A stretch of DNA of 32,243 nt from Candidatus Eiseniibacteriota bacterium (GTDB lineage Bacteria > Eisenbacteria > RBG-16-71-46 > DASYSL01). Below, piece after piece: positions 18,691 through 27,969 of the stretch (the stretch's first letter is position 1; each line of letters starts with the position of its first letter). The stretch is from the NCBI GenBank assembly GCA_031431875.1, contig JANPEF010000012.1, forward strand, positions 1 to 32,243, read 5' to 3'. The position numbers and the translations under genes were made by a program. The notes under the pieces are model-generated. The model did no database searches and had not been told where the DNA came from. It worked only from the letters and a program-made list of their open reading frames with translations.

Positions 18691-20075
18691 ATCCGTCGTC
18701 CGATCGCAACCGCATGACCGGGCGCGGCGCGCTCGTCGCCGTCGTCGTCGCCGCACTCGTGGGCGCCGGCGTGAGCGCCCTGCTGGTGAACATCTTCGAG
18801 CGCAAGCAGGAGGCCCGGAAGCCGTACGTCCAGGTCGTCGAGATCACCGACGACACCGAGGATCCGGCCGTGTGGGGGAAGAACTTCCCGCAGCAGTACG
18901 ACGCGTACTTGCGCACGGTCGACCAGGTGCGCACCCGCTTCGGCGGCAGCGAGGCCGTTCCGCGCACGCCCACCGCGGCGGATCCGCGCTCGGTCGTCGC
19001 ACAATCGCGGCTCGAGCAGGATCCGCGCCTCAAGACGATGTGGGCGGGCTACGCGTTCGCGAAGGACTTCCGCGAGGAGCGGGGTCACGCCTACATGCTC
19101 GAGGACCAGGTCTATACCGAGCGCCAGAAGGTGGCGAAGCAGCCGGGCACGTGCCTGCACTGCCACGCCTCGGTCGTCGTCCCGTACCGGAAGGCGGGAA
19201 ACGGCGACATGTTCGCGGGATTCGAGAAGCTGAACGCGATGCCGTATGCCGAGGCGCGCGAACACGTGACGCACCCGGTCGCCTGCATCGACTGCCACGA
19301 GCCGGCCTCGATGCAGCTGCGCGTCACGCGGCCGGCGTTCATGGAAGGAATGCGTGCGCTCAAGGCCCGGCAGGGCGTCGCCGACTACGACGTGAACGAG
19401 GACGCGACGCGGCAGGAGATGCGCTCGTTCGTGTGCGGCCAGTGCCACGTCGAGTACCACTTCAAGGGGCCCGAGAAACGGCTCACCTACCCGTGGCTGT
19501 TCGGCCTGCGGGTCGAGCAGATCTACGCCTACTACGATTCGATCGGCTTCAAGGACTGGACGCACGCCGAGACCGGTGCGCCGGTGCTCAAGGCGCAGCA
19601 CCCCGAGTTCGAGATGTGGAACCAGGGCATCCACGCCCGCTCCGGCGTGGCCTGTGCCGACTGCCACATGCCGTACACGCGGGTGGGCGCGCAGAAGATC
19701 AGTGACCACCAGATTCGCAGCCCGCTGCTCAACGTGAACCGCGCCTGCCAGACGTGCCACAAGTGGTCCGAGGAGGAGCTGATCGCGCGGACCGAGGCGT
19801 CGCAGGAGCGCGTGCACGGAATGCGCGACGAGGCGATGAACGCGCTCGTCGACCTGATTCGCGACATGTCCCGCGCCCGGGCGGCGGGGGACACGGCGGC
19901 GGCGTACGCGCAGGCGGCACAGTTCCAGCGGCGGGCCCAGTTCTACCTCGACTTCGTCGAGGCCGAGAACTCGACCGGCTTCCACGCGCCGCAGGAGGCG
20001 CTGCGCATTCTCGGGCAGTCGGCGAACCTGTCGCGGCAGGGGCAGTTGGCGCTGCGGCCGGTGGCCACGCGATGA
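18687..20075 (+). CDS. nrfA: Ammonia-forming pentaheme cytochrome c nitrite reductase NrfA (CXXCH first-heme variant)
   Basis: ATG after GGAGG with ATGA overlap. Hemes CLHCH, CIDCH, CGQCH, CADCH, CQTCH. Diagnostic KAQHPEFE, ERGHAY, AENSTGFHAP. Confidence 0.95.
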   Translation: MNPSSDRNRMTGRGALVAVVVAALVGAGVSALLVNIFERKQEARKPYVQVVEITDDTEDPAVWGKNFPQQYDAYLRTVDQVRTRFGGSEAVPRTPTAADPRSVVAQSRLEQDPRLKTMWAGYAFAKDFREERGHAYMLEDQVYTERQKVAKQPGTCLHCHASVVVPYRKAGNGDMFAGFEKLNAMPYAEAREHVTHPVACIDCHEPASMQLRVTRPAFMEGMRALKARQGVADYDVNEDATRQEMRSFVCGQCHVEYHFKGPEKRLTYPWLFGLRVEQIYAYYDSIGFKDWTHAETGAPVLKAQHPEFEMWNQGIHARSGVACADCHMPYTRVGAQKISDHQIRSPLLNVNRACQTCHKWSEEELIARTEASQERVHGMRDEAMNALVDLIRDMSRARAAGDTAAAYAQAAQFQRRAQFYLDFVEAENSTGFHAPQEALRILGQSANLSRQGQLALRPVATR

Positions 20076-20434
20076 AGCGCCGCCGGCTCTACGAGCACCG
20101 CAGCGAGCCGCTGTTGCCGACCTCGCGCTTCATGCGCCGCGTGTTCCAGCACGCGCTCGTCGCGGCGGCGCTCCTCGGCTTCTCGCTGGGGCTCGGCACG
20201 GTCGGGTACCGCTGGACCGAGGGCATGCCGTGGCTCGACGCGCTGCTCAATGCGTCGATGATCCTCGCGGGAATGGGCCCGGTCGACGTGCTGCACACCG
20301 CGGCCGGCAAATGGTTCGCCTCGGGCTACGCGCTGTTCTCGGGGATCACGTTCCTCGCCACGGCCGGCATCCTGGTGGCGCCGATGGCCCACCGGATCCT
20401 GCATGCGCTGCACCTCGAGGCGACCGACTCCTGA
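20072..20434 (+). CDS. Small 2-TM potassium-channel-like protein with non-canonical filter
   Basis: ATGA overlap with nrfA. TM1, then EGMPWLDALLNASMILAGMGP (pore-helix-like), then TAAGKWFASGYALFSG (TM2). Confidence 0.75.
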   Translation: MKRRRLYEHRSEPLLPTSRFMRRVFQHALVAAALLGFSLGLGTVGYRWTEGMPWLDALLNASMILAGMGPVDVLHTAAGKWFASGYALFSGITFLATAGILVAPMAHRILHALHLEATDS

Positions 20435-20458
20435 GGAAAAAGGGGTGCGCGCTGCGCT

Positions 20459-22873
20459 TCAGCGCGCGGCAACGCTCCCGTGCATTCGTTGCTGCAGCGC
20501 GATCGCGGTCGCCTCATCCCCGGCATGTCGTGCAAGCGTGGCCGCGCTCCTGCAGAACTCGGTCGTCACCTCGTTCGCCGCGCCGAAGCGGGCGACCAGC
20601 GCATCGGCCAGCTCGAGCGAGCGTCGCGCCGCGTCGGGCTTCCCCATCCGCCACCCCAGGTAGGCCTGCTGCACACGTACGCGCATCACAGGTGGGCTGT
20701 CGGGCGCCATCGTGGCGAGACGCCCGGCCAGGATCGTCGCGAGCTCGCGCTCGGCCTCGGCCTGGCGCCCCAGCGCACCGATCGTCGCCGCCAGGTAGAC
20801 CCGCGTGTCGATCGTGTTCAAGTGTGCGGCGCCGAGCGTGCGCGTGCGGCCCTCGAGGACCACGTGGAGCAGGCTCTCGGCCGCGGTCCACTGCTCCATT
20901 TCCATGTGGTGGTAGGCGAGCGAGCCCTTGGTGCGCAGCGTCTCGAAGTGGTCCGGCCCGAGCACCCGCTCGTAGCTCGCGATCGAGACGAGCCGCAGGG
21001 ATTCCGAGGCCGCATGCCGGCCCAGTTCGTCGTAGACCAGCGACAGGTTGCTGAGCGAGCGAATGGTTTCGGGATGATCCGGGCCGAGCGTTCGCTTTTG
21101 CGCTTCGGCGGTGCGGACCAGCAGGGTCTCGGCCTCGATGCCGCGGCCCTGCCGCAGGTAGAGGAAGCCGAGGTTGTTCTGCGAGCGGAGCGCCTCGAGG
21201 CTCTCGGCCCCGAGAATGCGGCGCTGGGCGTCGAGGGTCGCCAGGCGCAGCGACTCGGCCTCGGCCGCGCGCCCCTGCGAGTCGTAGACGAGCGAGAGGT
21301 TGTTCATGATCGTGAGCTGGTACGGATGATCGGGGCCGAACTCGCGCCGCGTCCCGGCGAGGACCGCGAGGTCCAGGCTCTCGGCCTCGGCCAAGCGTCC
21401 CTGGACCTGGCGGAGCCACGCGAGGGCTCCCTCGGTGAGCAGGCGCTGCCGGCGATCCAGGTCGTTCGCCATGGGGTTGACCGCGAGCGCGCGGTCGAAC
21501 AGCGGCTCGGCCGAGTCGAGGAGTCCCAGGTTCGAGTAGATGCTGCCGATCGAGGTCAGGAGCGCGGCCTGCTGGGAGGGGCGATCGACCAGCTCGGTCT
21601 GCACGCGCTCGGCCGCGCGATCGAGGATCTCGCGGGCCGTCACCGTGCGGCCGCGCGATTCTCCCGGATCGGCGACGCGGAACAGGCCGATCAGGAGTTC
21701 GCTCATCTTGCGAGACGTCTCGGCCGCCTGGTTCGCCCGGTCGCGCTCGGCGGCGATGCGCCTCGCCTGCACCAGCGTGACGCCGGCGAACGCGGCCAGG
21801 CCGACGAACGTGGCCGTGGTCACGGCGACCGCGACGCGATGGCGACGCGTGAACTTGCCCATGCGGTAGACGAGGCTCGGCGGCGTGGCGGTGACCGGCT
21901 CGTGGTGGAGGTAGCGCCCGACGTCGGCCGAGAACTCGGCGGCGGAGCCGTAGCGCCGCTCGCGATCCTTCTCGATCGCCTTCATCGTGATCCAGTCGAG
22001 GTCGCCGCGCAGTTCGCGGCCGCGCGGCCCCAGACGCGTGCTCGGCTTCGCCGGTTCGTGCTCGCGGATCCGGCGCAGGATCTCGTCGAACGCGAGCTTG
22101 CGCAGCTCGGCTCCCTCGAGCGGGCGCGCGCCCACGAGCAGCTCGTAGAGCAGCACGCCGAGCGCGTAGACGTCGGTACGCGTGTCGATGCCTTCGCTGG
22201 TGAACGCGGCCTGCTCGGGGCTCATGTACTCGGGCGTACCGATCAACTGCCCGACCTCGGTGAGCAGCGTGCGTTCGCTGAGCGGCTGCTCGACCGCGGT
22301 GGCGATCCCGAAGTCGATGATCTTGGGAACGGCCTTTCCTCCCTGCACGGCGACGATCACGTTCGACGGCTTGAGGTCGCGGTGGATGATCCCTTTCTGG
22401 TGGGCGTGCTGCACGCCGTCGCAGACCTGCTGGAACAGTTCGAGACGCTCGCGCAGGGGCAGGCCCTTTGCCTCGCAGTGGGCCGTCAGCGAAACGCCCT
22501 CGACGTACTCCATGACGAAGTAGGGGTGCCCGTCGGCGGTCTCGCCGGCGTCGAGCACGCGCGCGATGTTCGGATGGTTCATCAGCGCGAGCGCCTGGCG
22601 CTCGGCCTCGAAGCGGCGCAGGACCTCGGCGCCCGAGAGGCCGCGGCGGATCAGCTTGATCGCGACCGAACGGCGGACGGGGCGAAGTTGCTCGGCGAGC
22701 CACACGTCGCCCATGCCGCCCTCGCCCAGCTTGCGCACCAGGCGGTAGTCGGCGATCTCGGCGCCGGCGCGCAGGCCGCCGGCGGGTGGTCCATGGCCCG
22801 TCGCGTCGATCGCGGGAGTCGTGGCGAACGTGGGATCGTTCGGCCCGGCGACGGTGGGGTCATCGTTGGACAT
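20459..22873 (-). CDS. Membrane-anchored Ser/Thr kinase with kinesin-light-chain-like TPR repeats
   Basis: LGEGGMGDVW, VAIK, HRDLKPSN, IIDFGIA, GTPEYMSPEQ, LRGDLDWI, a TM segment, and repeated LGPDHPxT..NNL units. Confidence 0.93.
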   Translation of the reverse strand: MSNDDPTVAGPNDPTFATTPAIDATGHGPPAGGLRAGAEIADYRLVRKLGEGGMGDVWLAEQLRPVRRSVAIKLIRRGLSGAEVLRRFEAERQALALMNHPNIARVLDAGETADGHPYFVMEYVEGVSLTAHCEAKGLPLRERLELFQQVCDGVQHAHQKGIIHRDLKPSNVIVAVQGGKAVPKIIDFGIATAVEQPLSERTLLTEVGQLIGTPEYMSPEQAAFTSEGIDTRTDVYALGVLLYELLVGARPLEGAELRKLAFDEILRRIREHEPAKPSTRLGPRGRELRGDLDWITMKAIEKDRERRYGSAAEFSADVGRYLHHEPVTATPPSLVYRMGKFTRRHRVAVAVTTATFVGLAAFAGVTLVQARRIAAERDRANQAAETSRKMSELLIGLFRVADPGESRGRTVTAREILDRAAERVQTELVDRPSQQAALLTSIGSIYSNLGLLDSAEPLFDRALAVNPMANDLDRRQRLLTEGALAWLRQVQGRLAEAESLDLAVLAGTRREFGPDHPYQLTIMNNLSLVYDSQGRAAEAESLRLATLDAQRRILGAESLEALRSQNNLGFLYLRQGRGIEAETLLVRTAEAQKRTLGPDHPETIRSLSNLSLVYDELGRHAASESLRLVSIASYERVLGPDHFETLRTKGSLAYHHMEMEQWTAAESLLHVVLEGRTRTLGAAHLNTIDTRVYLAATIGALGRQAEAERELATILAGRLATMAPDSPPVMRVRVQQAYLGWRMGKPDAARRSLELADALVARFGAANEVTTEFCRSAATLARHAGDEATAIALQQRMHGSVAAR

Positions 22874-22892
22874 GGGGACTCCGAACCGGCTC

Positions 22893-24443
22893 CTACAGCG
22901 GCAGGTTGCCGTGCTTCTTCTGCGGCAGCGTCTGCCGCTTGGTCGACAGCATCGCGAGCGCAGCGATGAGCTTCGGGCGCGTGTCCTGCGGCTCGATCAC
23001 GTCGTCGAGGTAGCCGAGCGCCGCCGCGGCCCATGGATTGGCGAACTTCGTGTTGTACTCGTCGATCAGGAGCTTGCGCTCGGCGACGGGGTCCTTCGCC
23101 CTGGCGATGCGCTCGCGATGGATCACGTTGACCGCGCCCTCGGCGCCCATGACGGCCAGCTCGGCGGTGGGCCACGCGATGTTGTAGTCGCCGCGGATGT
23201 GCTTCGAGCTCATGACGTCATAGGCACCCCCGTAGGCCTTGCGCACGATGACCGTGAGCTTGGGCACGGTGGCCTCGCAGTAGGCGAAGAGCAGCTTGGC
23301 GCCGTGGCGGATGATGCCGCCGTGCTCCTGGCCGGTGCCGGGCAGGAATCCGGGCACGTCCTCAAAGGTGACGAGCGGAATGTTGAAGCAGTCGCAGAAG
23401 CGCACGAAACGCGCGGCCTTGACCGACGCGTCGATGTCGAGCACGCCGGCCAGCACGTTGGGCTGGTTGCCGACGATGCCGACCGGGCGGCCACCCAGGC
23501 GGGCGAAGCCGACGATGATGTTCTTCGCGTAGTGCGCATGCACCTCGAAGAAGTCGCCGTCATCGACGACCTTCTTGACCAGCTCCTTCATGTCATAGGG
23601 GCGGTTTGCCTGATCGGGGACGATCTCGTGCAAGGACGCGTCGCGGCGATCGATCGGATCGCTGACGGTGCGGCGCGGCGGGTCCTCGAGGTTGTTCGCG
23701 GGCAGAAAGGAGAGCAACCGCTTGACCTGCTGGATGCAGTCGGCGTCGTCCTCGGCGGCGAAGTGGGCGACGCCGCTCTTCGCGTTGTGGGTCATCGCGC
23801 CGCCCAGGTCCTCCATCGTCACTTCCTCGGAGGTCACGGCGCGCACGACCTCGGGTCCGGTGACGAACATGTGGCTCGTGCCCTTGACCATCAGCGTGAA
23901 GTCGGTGATCGCGGGGGAGTACACCGCGCCGCCGGCGCACGGTCCCATGACGGCGGAGATCTGCGGCACCACACCAGAGGCGAGCGTGTTGCGCAGGAAG
24001 ATGTCGGCGTAGCCGCCCAGCGACGCGACGCCCTCCTGGATGCGCGCGCCGCCCGAGTCGTTGAGCCCGACGACCGGGGCGCCGTTCTGCATCGCCAGGT
24101 CCATCACCTGGCAGATCTTCCGCGCGTTCGCCTCGGACATGGTGCCGCCGAAGACCGTGAAGTCCTGGGCGAACACGTAGACCGGTCGCCCGTCGACCGC
24201 GCCCCAGCCGGCGACGACGCCGTCGCCGACGTACTTGCGGTCCTTGATCGAGGGGTCCTCGCTGCGGTGGGTGACGAACGCCCCGATCTCCTGGAACGAC
24301 CCGGAGTCGAGCAGCAGTGCGAGGCGCTCGCGTGCCGAGAGCCGGCCCTGGGCATGGAGCTTCGCGATGCGATCGGCGCCGCCGCCCTCGAGCGCCTGCG
24401 CGCGGCGCGATTGCAGGTCGTCGAGGCGGGTTTCGTGGCTCAA
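22893..24443 (-). CDS. pccB: Acyl-CoA (propionyl-CoA) carboxylase carboxyltransferase beta subunit
   Basis: TTG after [50 protein letters not shown]. Confidence 0.9.
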   Translation of the reverse strand: MSHETRLDDLQSRRAQALEGGGADRIAKLHAQGRLSARERLALLLDSGSFQEIGAFVTHRSEDPSIKDRKYVGDGVVAGWGAVDGRPVYVFAQDFTVFGGTMSEANARKICQVMDLAMQNGAPVVGLNDSGGARIQEGVASLGGYADIFLRNTLASGVVPQISAVMGPCAGGAVYSPAITDFTLMVKGTSHMFVTGPEVVRAVTSEEVTMEDLGGAMTHNAKSGVAHFAAEDDADCIQQVKRLLSFLPANNLEDPPRRTVSDPIDRRDASLHEIVPDQANRPYDMKELVKKVVDDGDFFEVHAHYAKNIIVGFARLGGRPVGIVGNQPNVLAGVLDIDASVKAARFVRFCDCFNIPLVTFEDVPGFLPGTGQEHGGIIRHGAKLLFAYCEATVPKLTVIVRKAYGGAYDVMSSKHIRGDYNIAWPTAELAVMGAEGAVNVIHRERIARAKDPVAERKLLIDEYNTKFANPWAAAALGYLDDVIEPQDTRPKLIAALAMLSTKRQTLPQKKHGNLPL

Positions 24444-24495
24444 GGGACCTCCAGGGACGGGCGTCTGCGGGTGGGATGACGATCGGTTCGATCGC

Positions 24496-24524
24496 AGCCT
24501 AGAGCGGGCGGGGGTACGATTCAA
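24496..24524 (-). promoter_or_regulatory. Putative sigma70 promoter for pccB-kinase
   Basis: Minus strand TTGAAT, 17-nt spacer, TAGGCT. Confidence 0.55.
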
Positions 24525-24628
24525 GGCCGCGTTGGGGCTCCGGGCGGGGCTGGCGCGGCGCGGACGGGCGCGGTAGTCTGGCTCGTCGCCCGCATGCAGC
24601 CCATCCCGCCGTGCGTCCGGAGGCAGCG

Positions 24629-25768
24629 ATGCCCTATCCCGAGTTGCCCCACCTCGAGTGGTCGAAGCGACTGCAGGCGCGCATCTACCTGTCAGGGTCC
24701 GCCGCGCCGACGCCGCCACCGGCCGTGCTCGGCCTCGATCGCAAGTCGGTCCCCGGTGCGACGGCGCGCGACAAGGATCCGTGGTACCTGGCCAACACCG
24801 ATCGCGGCGACGCCGAACTGCAGGCGCTGGTCGCCGTGCGCGCCGGCGTGGCGCCCGGGCGTGTCGTGCCGGTGTGCGGCGCGAGCGAGGGGCACTTCCT
24901 GATCGAGATGCTGGTGCGCGGCCGCGACGGCGGCGACGTGCTGCACGAGACGCCCGGCTACGGCCCGCACTTCGGCGTGGCGCGTGCGTTTCCGGGCGAG
25001 GCCGTGGCGCTGCCGCGTGATGCGAACGGGCGCTTCGACCTCTCCATGCTCGAGCGTCCTGAGAGCGGGCGCGCCAAGATCGCCATCATCTCCGATCCGC
25101 ACAATCCCAGCGGCCAGCCGCTGGCCCGCGAGGACCTGGCCGAGCTCGTGCGCTGGGGCGACCAGCGCCGTGCCCAGATCGTCGTCGACGAAGTGTTCCG
25201 CGAGGCCGACCCGACACGAGCGCCCGGGAGCTGGGCCGCCGAATGGCCGCACCGCGTGTGGTCGGTCTCGAGCGTGACCAAGCCGTACGGCCTGGGCGGG
25301 CTGCGCCTGGGCTGGGTGATCGCGCCGGCCGACTGGTCCGAGGCGCTGCGCAGGATCCAAGACTACACGACCGTGATCGCCCCGGGGCCGTCGATCGTGC
25401 TCGCGCGCCAGGTGCTGGCGCGGGCCGACGCGGTGCGCGCCTGGGTGCTCGCGGCGATGGCGCCGAATCGCGAACACTTTGCGCTGAAGGACGGCTGGAT
25501 GACGGCAGGGACGACGGCGTTCGTGCGGGTCGCGCCGAAGCGCGGGGCTGCGGCCGGCGCGTCCGCCGAAGCGATCGACACTCGCACGTTCTGCGCCGAG
25601 GTCCTGCGCGATCACGGCGTCGCGGTGGTGCCGGGCGTGTTCTTCGGCGAGCCCGCGGGCTTCCGCATCGGCTTCGGCGCGCCGCCGCGCGACTTCAGGC
25701 AGGGCTGGGCGATCGTGCGGAAGGAAGTGGCGAAGCGACGCTGGCGGATCGAGGCGCCGCAGGCGTAG
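24629..25768 (+). CDS. PLP-dependent aminotransferase class I/II
   Basis: [32 protein letters not shown] (PLP lysine), VVPGVFF, FRIGFG. GGAGG RBS. Confidence 0.88.
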   Translation: MPYPELPHLEWSKRLQARIYLSGSAAPTPPPAVLGLDRKSVPGATARDKDPWYLANTDRGDAELQALVAVRAGVAPGRVVPVCGASEGHFLIEMLVRGRDGGDVLHETPGYGPHFGVARAFPGEAVALPRDANGRFDLSMLERPESGRAKIAIISDPHNPSGQPLAREDLAELVRWGDQRRAQIVVDEVFREADPTRAPGSWAAEWPHRVWSVSSVTKPYGLGGLRLGWVIAPADWSEALRRIQDYTTVIAPGPSIVLARQVLARADAVRAWVLAAMAPNREHFALKDGWMTAGTTAFVRVAPKRGAAAGASAEAIDTRTFCAEVLRDHGVAVVPGVFFGEPAGFRIGFGAPPRDFRQGWAIVRKEVAKRRWRIEAPQA

Positions 25769-25778
25769 ACTCGCCGAC

Positions 25779-26003
25779 ATGAACGAGGATCTGCAGCGAG
25801 TCCTTTCCGAGGCCATGAAGCTCGATCCCGAGGCGCGTGTCGCGCTCGTCGGGTCGCTACTGGCGAGCCTCCAGCCTGAACTCGAGGGGGACTTGGAGGC
25901 CGCCTGGGCAAAGGAGATCGCCCTGCGTCTCGACGACATCCGTGGTGGCAGAGTCTCCCCGATCACCTGGAGCGCCGCCCGCCGAACGCTTCGCGGAGGT
26001 TAG
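25779..26003 (+). CDS. Addiction module antitoxin (TIGR02574-like)
   Basis: AMKLDPEARVALVGSLLASL...AAWAKEIALRL...ITW. Upstream of a ParE-like gene. Confidence 0.82.
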   Translation: MNEDLQRVLSEAMKLDPEARVALVGSLLASLQPELEGDLEAAWAKEIALRLDDIRGGRVSPITWSAARRTLRGG

Positions 26004-26308
26004 TGCCGCGACGAACAATCGTGCTTCATCCCGATGCGCTTCTCGAAGCGATTGCAGCACGTGAGTGGTATGAGGCGCGAGATCCGTCGACCGCGCATGC
26101 CTTCCTCGACGAAGTCGAGCGCGCACTCAAGCGAATCGTCGCGAGCCCGGGGCACCGGCGAGCGGATGACTTGGGGCTACGGCGAGACGATCTCCGCCGA
26201 TTTCCGTTTCGAGTCATCTATCGCGTCGAGTCCACACGGCTCCTGATCCTGGCAGTTGCACACACGAGCCGACGCCCGGAGTACTGGAGATCACGAGTCG
26301 CAAAATGA
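26003..26308 (+). CDS. RelE/ParE-family type II toxin
   Basis: HPDALLE..AAREWYE, LRRFPFRVIYRV, ILAVAHTSRRPEYWRSR. TAGTG overlap with the antitoxin. Confidence 0.88.
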   Translation: MPRRTIVLHPDALLEAIAAREWYEARDPSTAHAFLDEVERALKRIVASPGHRRADDLGLRRDDLRRFPFRVIYRVESTRLLILAVAHTSRRPEYWRSRVAK

Positions 26309-26322
26309 ACAGGGAGGTGCCT

Positions 26323-27126
26323 GTGCCGTCGACGAACACCGCGAATACCTATGCGAACCTCACCCTCGAGCGCCACGACGCCGTCGCGCTGGTGACCATC
26401 TCGCGCCCCGAGAAACTGAATGCGCTCAACCGCGCGACGCTGACGGAGATCGACCACGTCTTCACCGCGCTGGCCGCGGACGACACGGTGCGCGCGATCG
26501 TCGTCACCGGGGCGGGGGAGAAATCGTTCGTCGCCGGCGCCGACATCGGCGAGCTGTCGGTGCTCGACACACGAGGCGCCGAGGAGGCCTCGGCGTTCGG
26601 CTCGGCGATCTTTCGCCGCATCGAGCGGATGCGCGCGCCGGTGATCGCCGCGGTGAACGGCTTCGCACTGGGCGGCGGTTGCGAGCTGGCGATCGCCTGC
26701 CACATCCGCTACGCCTCCGAGAACGCGAAGTTCGGGCTGCCCGAAGTCGGGCTCGGGATCATCCCCGGCTACGGCGGCACGCAGCGCCTGCCCCGCCTGA
26801 TCGGTGCGGGCATGGCGAACGAGCTGATCGCCACCGGGCGCATGATCGACTCGACCGAGGCATTGCGCATCGGGCTGGTCAATCGGGTGTGGCCGCTAGC
26901 CGAGCTCGTGCCCGCGGCGCTGGCCGTGGCGAAGGACATCGCGACCAAGGCGCCGCTCGCCGTCGCGGCCGCGCTCGAGGCGGCGCGCATCGGCGTCGAG
27001 ACCGACCTCGACACCGGTCTCCGGCTCGAGTCGTCGCTGTTCGGCATGCTGGGCTCGACCAAGGACATGCACGACGGCCTGTCGGCGTTCGTCGAGAAGA
27101 AGAAGATCCAGTTCGAAGGGCGCTGA
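26323..27126 (+). CDS. Enoyl-CoA hydratase/crotonase
   Basis: RPEKLNALN, FVAGADI, NGFALGGGCEL, FGLPEVGLGIIPGYGGTQRL. GTG 26323 follows GGAGG (alternative ATG at 26305). Confidence 0.92.
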   Translation: MPSTNTANTYANLTLERHDAVALVTISRPEKLNALNRATLTEIDHVFTALAADDTVRAIVVTGAGEKSFVAGADIGELSVLDTRGAEEASAFGSAIFRRIERMRAPVIAAVNGFALGGGCELAIACHIRYASENAKFGLPEVGLGIIPGYGGTQRLPRLIGAGMANELIATGRMIDSTEALRIGLVNRVWPLAELVPAALAVAKDIATKAPLAVAAALEAARIGVETDLDTGLRLESSLFGMLGSTKDMHDGLSAFVEKKKIQFEGR

Positions 27127-27143
27127 GCGGGTTCGCGCCGATC

Positions 27144-27893
27144 ATGTTCGCTCCGCTCCTCACGGCGGCCGCGCTGTTCGCGGTCGCCGTCCTCTACTCG
27201 GCGGTCGGCCACGCCGGCGCGTCCGGCTACCTGGCCGTGCTCGCGCTCGTGGGCCTGCCTCCGGAGGCAATGAAGCCCACCGCGCTCGTGCTCAACCTCG
27301 TCGTGGCTGTCGTGGGCACGGTGCAGTTCGCGCGCGCCGGTCACTTTGCGTGGCGCACGTTCTGGCCGTTCGCCGTCGGATCGATCCCCGCCGCGTACGT
27401 GGGTGGGATGCTCAAGCTCCCCGTCACGTCGTACCGCGTGGTGGTCGGCGCCGTGCTCGTGCTCTCGGCGATCCGGCTCCTGTGGACCGCATGGTCGCGG
27501 GACGAAGGGCGCGACGCGCGGGCCGACGCGGGTGGGCCTCCGCTGTGGGGTGCCTTGCCGATCGGCGTCGGGCTCGGGTTCCTCTCCGGGCTCACCGGCG
27601 TCGGCGGGGGAATCTTCCTCTCGCCCGTGCTGCTGTTGCTCGGCTGGGCGGGGGCGAAACGCACCGCGGCGGTGTCGGTCGCGTTCATCCTCGTGAACTC
27701 GGCGGCCGGACTCCTCGGGCACCTGGCTTCGGTCGAGCGCATCCCGTCGGAGGTGTCCCTGTGGGCGCCCCTGGTCCTCGTGGGCGGGCTCTTCGGCTCG
27801 AGCCTGGGCAGTCGCGTGTTGCCGGGGCCGACGATCCGCCGACTGCTCGCCGTCGTGCTCGTGCTCGCGGGGCTGAAGCTCCTCGCGACCTAG
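27144..27893 (+). CDS. Sulfite exporter TauE/SafE family protein
   Basis: YSAVGHAGASGY, GFLSGLTGVGGGIFLSP, multiple TM helices. Confidence 0.88.
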   Translation: MFAPLLTAAALFAVAVLYSAVGHAGASGYLAVLALVGLPPEAMKPTALVLNLVVAVVGTVQFARAGHFAWRTFWPFAVGSIPAAYVGGMLKLPVTSYRVVVGAVLVLSAIRLLWTAWSRDEGRDARADAGGPPLWGALPIGVGLGFLSGLTGVGGGIFLSPVLLLLGWAGAKRTAAVSVAFILVNSAAGLLGHLASVERIPSEVSLWAPLVLVGGLFGSSLGSRVLPGPTIRRLLAVVLVLAGLKLLAT

Positions 27894-27903
27894 GCTGCAG
27901 GCG

Positions 27904-27931
27904 AGTTCACTGCCCCTGGGGGCAGTGAAAT
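27904..27931. repeat. 28-bp palindrome P2 (11-6-11); may also act as a terminator between convergent genes
   Basis: AGTTCACTGCC-CCTGGG-GGCAGTGAAAT, between the tauE and GNAT stop codons. Confidence 0.85.
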
Positions 27932-27969
27932 GGCACATCGTGCCGGAGGGCGCTTCGCGTGCGGCGCAT

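Noticed and set aside
20197..20209. TVGY string in the channel-like protein as a K+ filter
   Set aside because: It lies at the end of TM1, before the pore helix, and is followed by R rather than G. The filter-equivalent position is AGMGP.
20435..20467. Possible minus-strand terminator (GCGCGCTG hairpin followed by CCCCTTTTT)
   Set aside because: The U-tract is separated from the stem and the stem overlaps the stop codon; too weak to call
22000..22060. Short linker (PSTRLGPRGRELRGDLD) in the third kinase as another deletion
   Set aside because: This linker is naturally length-variable and the frame and motifs are intact
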